Source: Bacteroidales bacterium (GTDB taxonomy: Bacteria > Bacteroidota > Bacteroidia > Bacteroidales > WCHB1-69). From it: 64,000 bases of DNA. Where the stretch lies: contig JAZLLK010000049.1 of the NCBI GenBank assembly GCA_045598105.1, positions 38,072-102,071 on the forward strand, read 5' to 3'. Below, piece after piece: positions 26,902 through 40,784 of this stretch (positions within the stretch are counted from its first letter, which is position 1; the number at the start of each line of letters is the position of its first letter). The translations under genes and the position numbers were made by a program. The notes beneath the pieces are model-generated. The model searched no databases and was not told the DNA's origin. It saw nothing but the letters and a program-made list of their open reading frames with translations.

Positions 26902-28149
26902 ATGCGGAGAATATCTTTTTTATTATTGTTTTCATGTTGTTTGTGCGTTTATTCGCAGCCTCGGGATTTGCGGGTTATGTATGTAGGAAACAGCTATACG
27001 GCTACCAATGATTTGCCTCGTATTATTACTACATTGGCCACCACGGTAGGTTATAATATTACTTCTGACGAAAATTTACCCGGTGGTACTACATGGGCGC
27101 AACATTGTCAAAATGAAAGTTATGTAAAAATATTAAAAGGCGGATGGGATTATGTGGTATTGCAGGAACAAAGCCTGCTGCCTTCATTTCCGTGGACGCA
27201 GTTCTATAGTGAGTGTGAGCCCTATGCCGATATATTGGATTCGGTAAATCATGTGTACAATCCGTGCGGGCGTACCATGTATTATATGACATGGGGGCGT
27301 AAGAACGGCGACCAGTTGAATTGTAATAATTTTCCGGTGCTGTGTACCTATGAAGGTATGGACAGTATGTTGCGTATAAGGTATGAGTATTTGGCTTATA
27401 AGCATCATGCCGATATTAGTCCGGTAGGTGTGCTATGGCATTACATACGTGATAACTATCCTTCCATAGAATTATACAGCGGTGACGAAAGTCATCCGTC
27501 AATGATAGGCTCCTATGCGGCTGCCTGTGCATTTGTTACGGTAATGTGTGAAGTGGATCCTACCTATATTACACATGATTACAATTTGGATCCTTCGGTT
27601 ACGGCTATAGTGCGTAGTGCTGCCAAGGCGGTGATATATGACAGCTTATCTAAGTGGAAGGCTGCACCTTCGGATAGTATTAAAACCGATTTTACCCATA
27701 GGAGCAATGATCTTACCGTGTATTTTACCGCAGGAGTAAAAGCTGCCGATGCATATTTGTGGAATTTTGGTGATGGCAATACCTCTACTGATGAAAATCC
27801 CATATATACTTATGCCGATTATGGTGAGTATGAGGTTACATTGGAAGTGCAACATTGTGGTAAGGTCGGTATAAAAAAGCATACTGTGGTGCTTTCCGAC
27901 GTGCAGGTGCAGGAAAGCGTAAGCAGTCATGTGAATGTATGGCCTAATCCTGCTAAGGATAATGTGCTTATTACCGTAGAGGATTATATGATAGGTTCAC
28001 AGGCCGTAATATATGATATAGCCGGCCGCAGGGTTTGGCAATTTATTATTAATGCCACTCATACCGAAGTGAATGTGTCAGGCTGGAGCAAAGGTGTGTA
28101 TTTGCTTAAACTCAATAATGGCGTAGCCAAAAAAATAATAGTGCTTTAG
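26902..28149 (+). CDS. Secreted SGNH-like hydrolase with a PKD domain and a T9SS C-terminal sorting domain
   Basis: VMYVGNSYT...WDYVVLQEQS (SGNH/DUF4886-like), WNFGDGNTSTDENPIYTY (PKD), and the C-terminus VWPNPAKDNVLI...GVYLLKLNNGVAKKIIVL. Confidence 0.75.
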   Translation: MRRISFLLLFSCCLCVYSQPRDLRVMYVGNSYTATNDLPRIITTLATTVGYNITSDENLPGGTTWAQHCQNESYVKILKGGWDYVVLQEQSLLPSFPWTQFYSECEPYADILDSVNHVYNPCGRTMYYMTWGRKNGDQLNCNNFPVLCTYEGMDSMLRIRYEYLAYKHHADISPVGVLWHYIRDNYPSIELYSGDESHPSMIGSYAAACAFVTVMCEVDPTYITHDYNLDPSVTAIVRSAAKAVIYDSLSKWKAAPSDSIKTDFTHRSNDLTVYFTAGVKAADAYLWNFGDGNTSTDENPIYTYADYGEYEVTLEVQHCGKVGIKKHTVVLSDVQVQESVSSHVNVWPNPAKDNVLITVEDYMIGSQAVIYDIAGRRVWQFIINATHTEVNVSGWSKGVYLLKLNNGVAKKIIVL

Positions 28150-28169
28150 CACAATATGCTTCAATATAT

Positions 28170-28210
28170 AAGGCAGATATGCTGTAATAACGGCATGTTT
28201 GCCTTTTTTT
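28170..28210 (+). terminator. Terminator after the T9SS hydrolase gene
   Basis: AAGGCA...TGCCTT outer stem with an inner ATGCTG/CGGCAT stem, followed by a T7 run. Confidence 0.6.
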
Positions 28211-28271
28211 ATTTGCCGCTATGCGGCATGAAAAAACTGTGTTGTATGGTATATACTTCAAAAAAAAATGT

Positions 28272-28279
28272 TATCTTTG
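28272..28279 (+). promoter_or_regulatory. -7 box TATCTTTG for gcvT
   Basis: Context TGTTATCTTTGCA, 50 nt upstream of the ATG at 28329. Confidence 0.65.
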
Positions 28280-28328
28280 CAAGATATTAAAAGTATAAGA
28301 TTAATAATTAAAACATTGATAATTAGAT

Positions 28329-29432
28329 ATGAAAAGCACACCGTTTACACAAAAGCACATTGATTTGGGTGCCAAAATGGCTGAATTTGCCGGTTACAAT
28401 ATGCCCATTCAATACGAAGGATTAATTATAGAACATAATAATGTAAGAAATGCAGTAGGCGTATTTGATGTATCACACATGGGTGAATTTAGAGCAAAAG
28501 GTCCTAAAGCATTTGAATTTATTCAGTATTGTACCTCTAATGATATAGCTACTTTATTTGACGGTAAGGTATTATACACCGTATTACCTAACGGTAAAGG
28601 CGGCATAGTAGATGATATGTTGGTATATCGTGTATCGGAGCAGGAATATTTTATGGTCCCTAATGCTGCCAATATAGAAAAGGATTGGAATTGGATGAGT
28701 AAAATAGCTGAAGAAAAAGGCTTGGTATTAGGTAAAGATTTTACTAATGAAAGTGATAACTACGGTCAGTTGGCCGTTCAGGGTCCTTTGGCACTTAAGG
28801 CTATGCAAAAGCTTACCTCCACTCCTATAGAAGATATGGAATACTACACCTTTAAATATTTAACCTTTGCCGGTGTAGATAACGTATTGTTATCCACTAC
28901 AGGTTACACCGGAGCCGGCGGTTGTGAAATATACTTTGACAAAAAGTATGCCGATAAAATATGGGATGCCGTATTTGAAGCCGGTAAAGAATTCGGTATT
29001 AAGCCTGCAGGTTTAGGTTGCCGTGATACCTTGCGTTTGGAAATGGGTTTCTGTTTATATGGTCATGAAATCAATGATGAAACCTCTCCTATAGAAGCCG
29101 GTTTGAACTGGTTAACTAAATTTGTAGATGGTAATAATTTTATAGACAGAGAACGTTTGGAAGCTCAAAAAGCCAATGGCGTTAGCAAAAAGCTGGTCGG
29201 CTTGGAAATGATAGAACGCGGTATTCCACGTCAGGGTTATGAAGTATGTGACGCTGAAGGTAATCACATAGGTGTTATATGCTCCGGTACCCAGTCGCCT
29301 TCTTGTAATAAGGCTATTGCTACCGCACATGTAGCTACCGCTTTCAGTAAAAAAGATACGGAAGTATATGTAAAAATAAGAGAAAAATTATTGAAGGCCG
29401 TAGTAGTTAAAATGCCCTTCTATAAAGGTTAA
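28329..29432 (+). CDS. gcvT: Glycine cleavage system aminomethyltransferase (T protein)
   Basis: TPFTQKHIDLGAKMAEFAGYNMP, VFDVSHMGEF, and the GYTGAGGCEIY pattern. Confidence 0.9.
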   Translation: MKSTPFTQKHIDLGAKMAEFAGYNMPIQYEGLIIEHNNVRNAVGVFDVSHMGEFRAKGPKAFEFIQYCTSNDIATLFDGKVLYTVLPNGKGGIVDDMLVYRVSEQEYFMVPNAANIEKDWNWMSKIAEEKGLVLGKDFTNESDNYGQLAVQGPLALKAMQKLTSTPIEDMEYYTFKYLTFAGVDNVLLSTTGYTGAGGCEIYFDKKYADKIWDAVFEAGKEFGIKPAGLGCRDTLRLEMGFCLYGHEINDETSPIEAGLNWLTKFVDGNNFIDRERLEAQKANGVSKKLVGLEMIERGIPRQGYEVCDAEGNHIGVICSGTQSPSCNKAIATAHVATAFSKKDTEVYVKIREKLLKAVVVKMPFYKG

Positions 29433-29450
29433 TCTTATTGTATAATAAGT

Positions 29451-29488
29451 AATAAGGCAGTGCCTGCAGGCACTGCCTTATTTTTTTG
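29451..29488 (+). terminator. gcvT terminator
   Basis: Perfect 14-bp palindromic stem AATAAGGCAGTGCC / GGCACTGCCTTATT around TGCA, followed by a T-run. Confidence 0.85.
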
Positions 29489-29889
29489 TATTTGTTATGC
29501 GGTGTTTGTTTTATTTATATCATAAGAAAAGAGCTTATGATTAGTGCTTTTTTCCTATTTCTTTTTCCAAATTGGATTTCAGCGTATTGTATTTCTTTAT
29601 GACAGTTTCGTCAGGTGAAAATAGAGGGTCGGTCAATATATCAAGCATTAAACATACCGCAAAGTAGTATTCGTTAAGTATATCGTTGCGTGAAACCGCA
29701 TTTTCGCATATATTGATGCATTTATTTGTTGAATTTAGGAAGACTCGTGTCTCCTTTCCCGTAAAATGCGGTAATAAAGTAATTGTTTTGTCCGTTTTTT
29801 TGTTATGTTTATATGGCTGTAATTAAGCGTATCCGACTATTTGGTGAAAAAAATAATATGCAAATGGCTGATATGTGAAAAAAAAATTG

Positions 29890-29897
29890 TACCTTTG
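29890..29897 (+). promoter_or_regulatory. -7 box TACCTTTG for rpmH
   Basis: 53 nt upstream of the ATG at 29950. Confidence 0.65.
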
Positions 29898-29949
29898 CAC
29901 TTTGTTAAATGAAAAGCATTATAGGGTTAATAAATAATATATAAGAGAG

Positions 29950-30114
29950 ATGAAAAGGACATTTCAACCTTCATTAAAGAAGAGAACCAACAAGCACGGT
30001 TTCAGAAAAAGAATGTCTACCGCTAATGGTAGAAGAGTATTAGCTGCAAGAAGAGCAAAAGGAAGAAAGAAATTAACTGTATCCGACGAGAAGTTGAGTG
30101 GCAGAAAATTCTAA
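29950..30114 (+). CDS. rpmH: 50S ribosomal protein L34
   Basis: Not in the ORF track (54 aa). My translation is [54 protein letters not shown], the canonical L34 sequence pattern. Confidence 0.9.
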   Translation: MKRTFQPSLKKRTNKHGFRKRMSTANGRRVLAARRAKGRKKLTVSDEKLSGRKF

Positions 30115-30143
30115 TTTGGCAGTTTTCTACAACAAATGACATA

Positions 30144-30177
30144 GAGTGAGTAATTCAATTGGTTGCTCACTTTTTTT
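30144..30177 (+). terminator. rpmH terminator
   Basis: AGTGAG / CTCACT stem followed by a T7 run. It overlaps the spurious 5' extension of the next track ORF. Confidence 0.55.
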
Positions 30178-30193
30178 GTATTGTATTTTTTGG

Positions 30194-30201
30194 TACTTTT
30201 G
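30194..30201 (+). promoter_or_regulatory. -7 box TACTTTTG for the YfhO-like gene
   Basis: 25 nt upstream of the ATG at 30226. Confidence 0.55.
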
Positions 30202-30225
30202 TACACATATATAAAGTATATAGTT

Positions 30226-32733
30226 ATGACAAAAGAAAGTAAGATTAAAATTCTAAAGCATGTGTGTGCCGTAGCGGTAATGGCACTCATTACCTTGGTG
30301 TATTTCAAGCCGTTACTTAATGGTGAAGATGTGCGACAATCGGATATGATGTTCTTTGAGGGCATGAGTAAGGAGTTGAAGGATTATCATACCACCACAG
30401 GTGAATATTCCTATTGGACCAATGCCATGTTTTCGGGTATGCCGGCAGCCTACCTGTATGCTAAGCCCGATGCCAATGTGTTTTGGTGGATGGGTTTGCC
30501 CATACAAAAGGGTACGCCCATGATGAGTTATGGTATAGTATTTATGCTGTTATTGTGCTTTTATATAGCCATGTGTCAGTTAGATGTGCATCCTGTTATA
30601 GCTTTTGCTGCGGCTTTGGCCTATGCGTTTTGCTCATATAACCTTATTATTATAGAGGCAGGGCATGTAACCAAGGCCTATACCATAGCTACCATACCTT
30701 TAGTGGTAAGTGGTGTGGTGCTGGCCTATAGGAATAAACGGTTGTCCGGAGGCCTGATATTTATGATAGGCTTTGGTTTTAGTTTGGCACAGTCGCATCC
30801 GCAAATCACCTATTATACCGGTATAGCAGTGGCTTTGTATGCCATAGTGGCTTTGGTGTATGCTATAGCACGCCGAACCATCCCTGATTTTCTTAAGTCA
30901 TCGGCAGTGCTGGTGGTAGCGGGTATATTGGCCATATTGCCCAATATAAGTAACTTATATACTTCTTATGACTATTCTAAAGAAAGTATGCGAGGTAAAA
31001 GCGAGTTGGCTGCCAAGTCTGCCGACTCGGGTTTGGATTATGACTATGCGTATGCATGGAGTTATGGTAAGGGTGAAACTTTTACCCTTCTTGTACCTAA
31101 TGCCTGCGGCGGCTCCTCCGGCATGGAAAGTATGGAAGCCTTTGAGCAGGCATTGCCTAACACGCTCAATACATTAAGAACCGTGCCTATGGAGCAGGAT
31201 CCTAACCGGCTTATACAGCAATGTAATACCTATTGGGGGGCACAGCCTTTTACTTCAGGTCCCGTGTATGCGGGTGCAGTGGTGTGCCTGCTGTTTGTGC
31301 TGAGCATGTTCTTTATTAAAGGTGAAATGCGAATTTGGGCCATAGTGTTGTTTGTGTGTTCTATAGTGTTTGCATGGGGTAAGCATTGCCCTGCAGTAAA
31401 TGATTTTATGTTTTATCATTTCCCCATGTTTAATAAATTTAGAACGCCTTCCATGATATTGGTTCTCACCACGTTTGTTATGGTGTTTTTCGGTTTTTAC
31501 GGGCTTAAACACTTGTTTAATACCGAGACCGACAGGCAGGCTATGAAGAAATCCCTATATATTGCAGTCGGCATAGTGGGCGGTATTACCTTTGTTATGG
31601 CTGTAATGCCTACTTTATTTTTCAATTTTACCGTAGAGCGTGACGCTTCACTGCCGGCAGCCTTACAGTCTGCTTTGGCCGATGACCGAAAAGCATTGCT
31701 GGTGCATGATGCATGGCGTTCATTTTTGTTTATTGCCTTGGCATTTGTAGTATTGTGGATGGCTGTGAATAAGAATATAAAAGCCGAAAAAGCTATATTG
31801 GTATTGGGCGTATTGGCATTGGTAGATTTATGGGGTGTAGATAAACGTTATTTGAATGATAATGATTTTGAAAAACATGATCAGGCCGTATCACAGCAAT
31901 ATGCTGTTACTCCATGTGATGCGGCTATTATGGAAGATAAAACCCCCGGTTATCGTGTGCTCAATTTGGCTGCCAATCCTTTTACCGATACCCATGTGTC
32001 CTATTTTCATCATTCATTAGGAGGTTATCACGGAGCAAAATTAAGAAGATATCAGGAATTTGTGGATTCGGTAATGATGTATGATTTGAATCGTTTTACT
32101 ACACAAATAAATATGGTGCGCAGTGATTCGGATATGTTGGCACTTACCTCATCGCTTCACAGTTTGAATATGCTTAATACCAAGTATTTCATATTCAATT
32201 ATCAGTCTGCTCCATTTGTAAATGAGTCGGTATATGGTCCTGCATGGATAGTAAGTGATGTGCAGTGGGCTAAAAATGCTAACGAGGAGTTGGCTATGAC
32301 CAAATGTGCAAATACCCGTACTACGGCTGTAATAGATGAGCGGTTTAAGAGCCTGTTAGCCGGCTATACATCCGGTGAGGCTTCACAGAGTTCTATCAGT
32401 ATGACAGGGCAAACCTCCAATACCTGCACCTATAAGGTAAAGGCCGAGCGTAATGTGTTGGCTGTATTTTCTGAAATATATTATCCTAAATATTGGAAAG
32501 TGAGTATAGATGGCAAAGAAACCAATGGCTTATTACGTGCTGACTATATATTGAGAGCCTTGGTGGTACCACAGGGTGAGCATGAAATAAAATTTGAGTT
32601 CTACCCCTCTTCATGGTTTGTGGCCCGTAATATATCCATGATAAGTTCTATACTCATTATACTTATTATATTGGGCATAATAGGGTATAAAGTGGTATAT
32701 TTGCCTCGTAAAAAAGCAGTGAGTGAAGCGTAA
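30226..32733 (+). CDS. YfhO-family polytopic membrane protein (putative glycosyl-transfer/glycan-modifying)
   Basis: 835 aa with many transmembrane spans in the first 550 aa, a large C-terminal extracytoplasmic domain and a final transmembrane helix. The start is moved to the first ATG after the promoter. Confidence 0.7.
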   Translation: MTKESKIKILKHVCAVAVMALITLVYFKPLLNGEDVRQSDMMFFEGMSKELKDYHTTTGEYSYWTNAMFSGMPAAYLYAKPDANVFWWMGLPIQKGTPMMSYGIVFMLLLCFYIAMCQLDVHPVIAFAAALAYAFCSYNLIIIEAGHVTKAYTIATIPLVVSGVVLAYRNKRLSGGLIFMIGFGFSLAQSHPQITYYTGIAVALYAIVALVYAIARRTIPDFLKSSAVLVVAGILAILPNISNLYTSYDYSKESMRGKSELAAKSADSGLDYDYAYAWSYGKGETFTLLVPNACGGSSGMESMEAFEQALPNTLNTLRTVPMEQDPNRLIQQCNTYWGAQPFTSGPVYAGAVVCLLFVLSMFFIKGEMRIWAIVLFVCSIVFAWGKHCPAVNDFMFYHFPMFNKFRTPSMILVLTTFVMVFFGFYGLKHLFNTETDRQAMKKSLYIAVGIVGGITFVMAVMPTLFFNFTVERDASLPAALQSALADDRKALLVHDAWRSFLFIALAFVVLWMAVNKNIKAEKAILVLGVLALVDLWGVDKRYLNDNDFEKHDQAVSQQYAVTPCDAAIMEDKTPGYRVLNLAANPFTDTHVSYFHHSLGGYHGAKLRRYQEFVDSVMMYDLNRFTTQINMVRSDSDMLALTSSLHSLNMLNTKYFIFNYQSAPFVNESVYGPAWIVSDVQWAKNANEELAMTKCANTRTTAVIDERFKSLLAGYTSGEASQSSISMTGQTSNTCTYKVKAERNVLAVFSEIYYPKYWKVSIDGKETNGLLRADYILRALVVPQGEHEIKFEFYPSSWFVARNISMISSILIILIILGIIGYKVVYLPRKKAVSEA

Positions 32734-32754
32734 GGCTTCACTCACTTGTGTAAT

Positions 32755-32790
32755 ATAAAAAAACCGTACATGTCTCATGTACGGTTTTTA
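32755..32790. terminator. Bidirectional terminator between the yfhO-like gene (+) and rpmF (-)
   Basis: ACCGTACATG / CATGTACGGT 10-bp stem with a 3-nt loop, an A-run on the left and a T-run on the right. Confidence 0.85.
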
Positions 32791-32810
32791 TTTTTTAAGC
32801 ATTATAATAA

Positions 32811-33002
32811 TTATGCTTCAACTTCAGCTTTAGCTGCTATAGCTTGTTCTCCACGATAGTATCCGCATTCAGGGCATACGTGATGATACATAACTGCGCT
32901 ACCGCAGTTTGAGCATTCCATTAATTGAGGAGCAACCGCTTTGTCATGGGTTCTTCTTTTATCTCTTCTGGTTGCAGAATGTCTTCTTTTCGGATTTGGC
33001 AT
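32811..33002 (-). CDS. rpmF: 50S ribosomal protein L32
   Basis: MPNPKRRHSATRRDKRRTH N-terminus and a CxxC...CxxC zinc ribbon. Confidence 0.9.
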   Translation of the reverse strand: MPNPKRRHSATRRDKRRTHDKAVAPQLMECSNCGSAVMYHHVCPECGYYRGEQAIAAKAEVEA

Positions 33003-33037
33003 GACTAATGTTTTTTAAATTTATATACTTTTTTGTT

Positions 33038-33577
33038 TTATTCTTCTAATTTCAAATTTTTCAAGGCGTCCCATCGGCTGTCATATTGAGGCTCATGGGG
33101 CTGCTCTTGGGCTTGTTGTATAAGTTTAAGCATGTCGGGATTACACCTGTCATGGTCCGCAGTGTTACTATGCTGCTTACGTATGGGTATAAGCACCATC
33201 AAATATTCATATATGTATTGTTCTACATTAAACTTATAGTCCTTATCGGTGATAAAAGCTATATCTTCATCGTCACTTTCACGTGGTATAGATACCTTTT
33301 TTAGTATCAGTTTTTCATGTTTTTCTACCGGAATTTGCATTTCTTCCAAGCATATATCACAGGTAGAAACCATGTAACCTTGCAGATGAAAATTAAAATT
33401 CAACATGTTTTCCTCACAGGTAACCATGAGTTTAATGTTTACGCATGCATCTATAATATCTTCATTTACATGCTTTTCAAAGAACGTGTGGTCCACTTTT
33501 ATATCGAAATCATGGCTTCCGATTTTAAGGGAACTAATGTTTATCTCAAATTGTTTAAAATACGCTGTATCTTCCAT
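33038..33577 (-). CDS. yceD: YceD/DUF177 family protein (large-subunit rRNA accumulation protein)
   Basis: It holds the conserved position directly upstream of rpmF. CDICLEE motif and an acidic C-terminus. Confidence 0.75.
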   Translation of the reverse strand: MEDTAYFKQFEINISSLKIGSHDFDIKVDHTFFEKHVNEDIIDACVNIKLMVTCEENMLNFNFHLQGYMVSTCDICLEEMQIPVEKHEKLILKKVSIPRESDDEDIAFITDKDYKFNVEQYIYEYLMVLIPIRKQHSNTADHDRCNPDMLKLIQQAQEQPHEPQYDSRWDALKNLKLEE

Positions 33578-33600
33578 GAAACATATTCTAATAAGACTTG

Positions 33601-33608
33601 CAAAGGTA
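33601..33608 (-). promoter_or_regulatory. -7 box TACCTTTG for yceD-rpmF
   Basis: CAAAGGTA on the plus strand, 24 nt upstream of the ATG at 33577. Confidence 0.6.
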
Positions 33609-33715
33609 CAATTTTTTTCTTTAATAAAAGAGCAAGTGCATTATTTTTTTTACGTATAACTTTAATCTTATACAAAAAATAAGATTCATGATACGTATTT
33701 ATAGGGGTAAATATC

Positions 33716-38220
<4,505 letters not shown>

Positions 38221-38249
38221 ATTATCTAAGTATAATTTATATAAATACG

Positions 38250-38257
38250 CAAAAATA
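38250..38257 (-). promoter_or_regulatory. -7 box TATTTTTG for the receptor-like gene/ligA unit
   Basis: CAAAAATA on the plus strand, 30 nt upstream of the ATG at 38220. Confidence 0.5.
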
Positions 38258-38290
38258 CTATTTTTATTGCAATTATAAGTGAAAAACGGA

Positions 38291-38328
38291 TAAAAAAATA
38301 AGGTTGCTTAGTAAGTAAGCAACCTTAT
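38291..38328 (-). terminator. Aspartate aminotransferase gene terminator
   Basis: 13-bp perfect stem ATAAGGTTGCTTA / TAAGCAACCTTAT, with a U7 tail on the minus strand. Confidence 0.85.
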
Positions 38329-38346
38329 AGCGGATAATGTATGTTA

Positions 38347-39549
38347 TTATTGTAATTTACTCAGTGCTTCTTTTATACGGCGTACGGCTTCTATGAGCAA
38401 TTCTTCGGAAGTGGCATAGGATAAGCGTATGCAGTTGTCATCACCAAAAGCTGCACCCATTACGGTGGCTACATTGGCCTCGTGTAATAAATACATGGAT
38501 AAATCGGTACTATTATTGATAGTGTAATTTTTGTATGATTTACCATAGTATGCACTTACTTCGGGGAAGAAGTAGAAAGCGCCCTGCGGCAGGCGAACCT
38601 TGATATTGGGTATTCCCTGTAATAATTTGTATACCAAATCTCTTCTTTCCAAAAACTTGTTACGCATGTCTATGATATCTTTGCTTTCGGCAGGATTCAT
38701 CAGCATGGCTGCTACAGCAGCTTTTTGGGCTATAGAGCAGGTGGCTGAGGTAACCTGACCCTGTAATTTGTTACAGGCTTTGGCTATAGCTATAGGTGCA
38801 CCTATAAAACCTATACGCCAGCCTGTCATGGCAAATCCTTTGGCCACACCATTTACGGTAATTACTCTGTCTTTAATATTTTCAAATTGAGCTATGCTTT
38901 CGTGTTTGCCAACAAAATTAATGTGCTCGTATATTTCATCAGCCATTACCAATATGTTTTCGTGTTTGGCTACCACGTCGGCTATTCCTTTCAACTCTTC
39001 TTTGGTATAGAGCATGCCGGTAGGATTGGACGGACTGCTGAACATGATTAATTTGGTTTTAGGAGTAATGGCTTCTTCCAGCTGTTGAGGAGTAACTTTA
39101 AAGTCATTCTCTATTTTGGTTTTTACATATACGCATGTGCCACCGGCTACCTGTACTATGGCCTTGTATGATACCCAAAAAGGAGTGGGTATAATTACTT
39201 CATCACCGGGGTTTACGGTAGCCATTACCAATTGGTATATTGATTGCTTGGCACCGGTAGATACTATGATTTGTTCCGGCTTGTAATCCAGGTTATTGTC
39301 TCTTTTGAATTTTTTGCTGATGGCTTCACGTAAATCGGCATAGCCCGGAACAGGAGGATAATGGGTAAAGTTATCATCTATGGCTTTTTTAGCGGCTTCT
39401 TTTACTGTTTCGGGTGTATTAAAGTCGGGTTCGCCTATGCTTAAACTTATAACGTCTTTACCTTGAGCTTTCAGCTCACGTGCTGCTTGTGTCATGGCCA
39501 GGGTTTCTGATTCGGCCATTTGCATTATTCTGTCTGATACGTAATTCAT
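38347..39549 (-). CDS. aspC: Aspartate aminotransferase (class I PLP aminotransferase)
   Basis: LSIGEPDF, SNPTGM, and the PLP-lysine region NGVAKGFAMTGWRIG. Confidence 0.85.
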   Translation of the reverse strand: MNYVSDRIMQMAESETLAMTQAARELKAQGKDVISLSIGEPDFNTPETVKEAAKKAIDDNFTHYPPVPGYADLREAISKKFKRDNNLDYKPEQIIVSTGAKQSIYQLVMATVNPGDEVIIPTPFWVSYKAIVQVAGGTCVYVKTKIENDFKVTPQQLEEAITPKTKLIMFSSPSNPTGMLYTKEELKGIADVVAKHENILVMADEIYEHINFVGKHESIAQFENIKDRVITVNGVAKGFAMTGWRIGFIGAPIAIAKACNKLQGQVTSATCSIAQKAAVAAMLMNPAESKDIIDMRNKFLERRDLVYKLLQGIPNIKVRLPQGAFYFFPEVSAYYGKSYKNYTINNSTDLSMYLLHEANVATVMGAAFGDDNCIRLSYATSEELLIEAVRRIKEALSKLQ

Positions 39550-39590
39550 ATATCTTTTAATTTTTATGTTATTTCTGTTTTTTATATGTG

Positions 39591-39598
39591 CAAAGGTA
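39591..39598 (-). promoter_or_regulatory. -7 box TACCTTTG for the aminotransferase gene
   Basis: CAAAGGTA on the plus strand, 42 nt upstream of the ATG at 39549. Confidence 0.6.
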
Positions 39599-39620
39599 GC
39601 ACTTTTTATTATAATTACGG

Positions 39621-39821
39621 CTATTTTATTTCTAATGTATCATAGTCAGAGGCTATCCATATAATAAGGTATAGCAGCCCTCCGCTACATCCGGCTAATA
39701 GCAGTACTAACATAATAATACGAATAATGGTGGGGTCTGTTTCAAAATATTGGCCTAATCCGCTACATACGCCTGCTATTTTGGCTTCGGAACGATTGCG
39801 ATAAAATTTTTTGTAACTCAT
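39621..39821 (-). CDS. PspC-domain membrane protein
   Basis: FYRNRSEAKIAGVCSGLGQYF followed by a single transmembrane helix. Confidence 0.75.
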   Translation of the reverse strand: MSYKKFYRNRSEAKIAGVCSGLGQYFETDPTIIRIIMLVLLLAGCSGGLLYLIIWIASDYDTLEIK

Positions 39822-39838
39822 GTATAAGTTTTATATGG

Positions 39839-40612
39839 TTATATTTCTATGGTTAATCCGTCATATCCTAACCTGCACGGGCAGGCGGCCTGCTCAAATT
39901 CCCTATTTATCTCATCATGTATGCCCATATAATGACTTATGTGTGTAAAATAGGTGTATTTGGGCTGTATAATATGTATAAGGTTAAGGGCCTGTTCCAC
40001 ATTAAAATGTGAATAATGCTCCTCTTTACGCAGAGCGTCCAGTACCAACAGGTCTAACCCGTGTAACTTGGCTATTTCTTCCTGGGCTATGTAGCTGGCA
40101 TCGGTAATATAGGCAAAATTATGCATGCGATAGCCCAATATGGGCAAATTCATGTGCATTACCTGTATGGGCTCTATGTGTATTCCCTGTATATCTATAG
40201 GTTGTGCATGGTGTATGGGGTGTAAACTTATTTCCGGCACGCCGGGGTAAGGATGCTCACAAAAGGCGTAAGGAAATTCATTGCGTATGCACTGGCAGGT
40301 GGCGGGGTTAGCATATACATCCATTACCTGCTTTTGTAAATGATTAAAGGAGCGAATGTCATCCAAACCGCCTAAATGATCCTTGTGCTGGTGAGTATAT
40401 AGTACAAAATCTAAATGTGTAATGTGCTCCCGCAACATTTGAGTGCGAAAATCAGGACCGGTATCTATTACAAAGGCTTTGCCCTTGTGCTCCACATATA
40501 CCGAAGAACGTAGCCGCTTATCCTTAGCATGGGGTGAGGTGCATACTTTGCAATTACATCCTATTATGGGTACGCCCTGTGATGTGCCGGTGCCTAAAAG
40601 TATTATTTTCAA
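39839..40612 (-). CDS. MBL-fold metallo-hydrolase (PhnP-like)
   Basis: HQHKDH metal motif and an N-terminal GTGTSQGVP...CxCxxC zinc-knuckle pattern. Confidence 0.8.
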   Translation of the reverse strand: MKIILLGTGTSQGVPIIGCNCKVCTSPHAKDKRLRSSVYVEHKGKAFVIDTGPDFRTQMLREHITHLDFVLYTHQHKDHLGGLDDIRSFNHLQKQVMDVYANPATCQCIRNEFPYAFCEHPYPGVPEISLHPIHHAQPIDIQGIHIEPIQVMHMNLPILGYRMHNFAYITDASYIAQEEIAKLHGLDLLVLDALRKEEHYSHFNVEQALNLIHIIQPKYTYFTHISHYMGIHDEINREFEQAACPCRLGYDGLTIEI

Positions 40613-40650
40613 TTATTAATGATTTTGTATATAATGTTTCACCAAAAAAG

Positions 40651-40658
40651 CAAATATA
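40651..40658 (-). promoter_or_regulatory. -7 box TATATTTG for the MBL/pspC unit
   Basis: CAAATATA on the plus strand, 39 nt upstream of the ATG at 40612. Confidence 0.55.
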
Positions 40659-40753
40659 GCACTTTTTTATTTAAATATCGGCTGATATTAGAGATTTTAT
40701 CTCTGACAAAATAAAGAAGAGTTTTTATAGTGCTATAATTAAAATAAAAATGT

Positions 40754-40761
40754 TATCTTTG
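40754..40761 (+). promoter_or_regulatory. -7 box TATCTTTG for the THUMP methyltransferase gene
   Basis: 24 nt upstream of the GTG start at 40785. Confidence 0.6.
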
Positions 40762-40784
40762 CAGTTTGGACTAATAGTATAAAA

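Noticed and set aside
28280-28328. Possible glycine riboswitch upstream of gcvT.
   Set aside because: Only ~50 nt of AT-rich leader lie between the -7 box and the ATG. That is too short, and the conserved glycine-aptamer blocks are absent.
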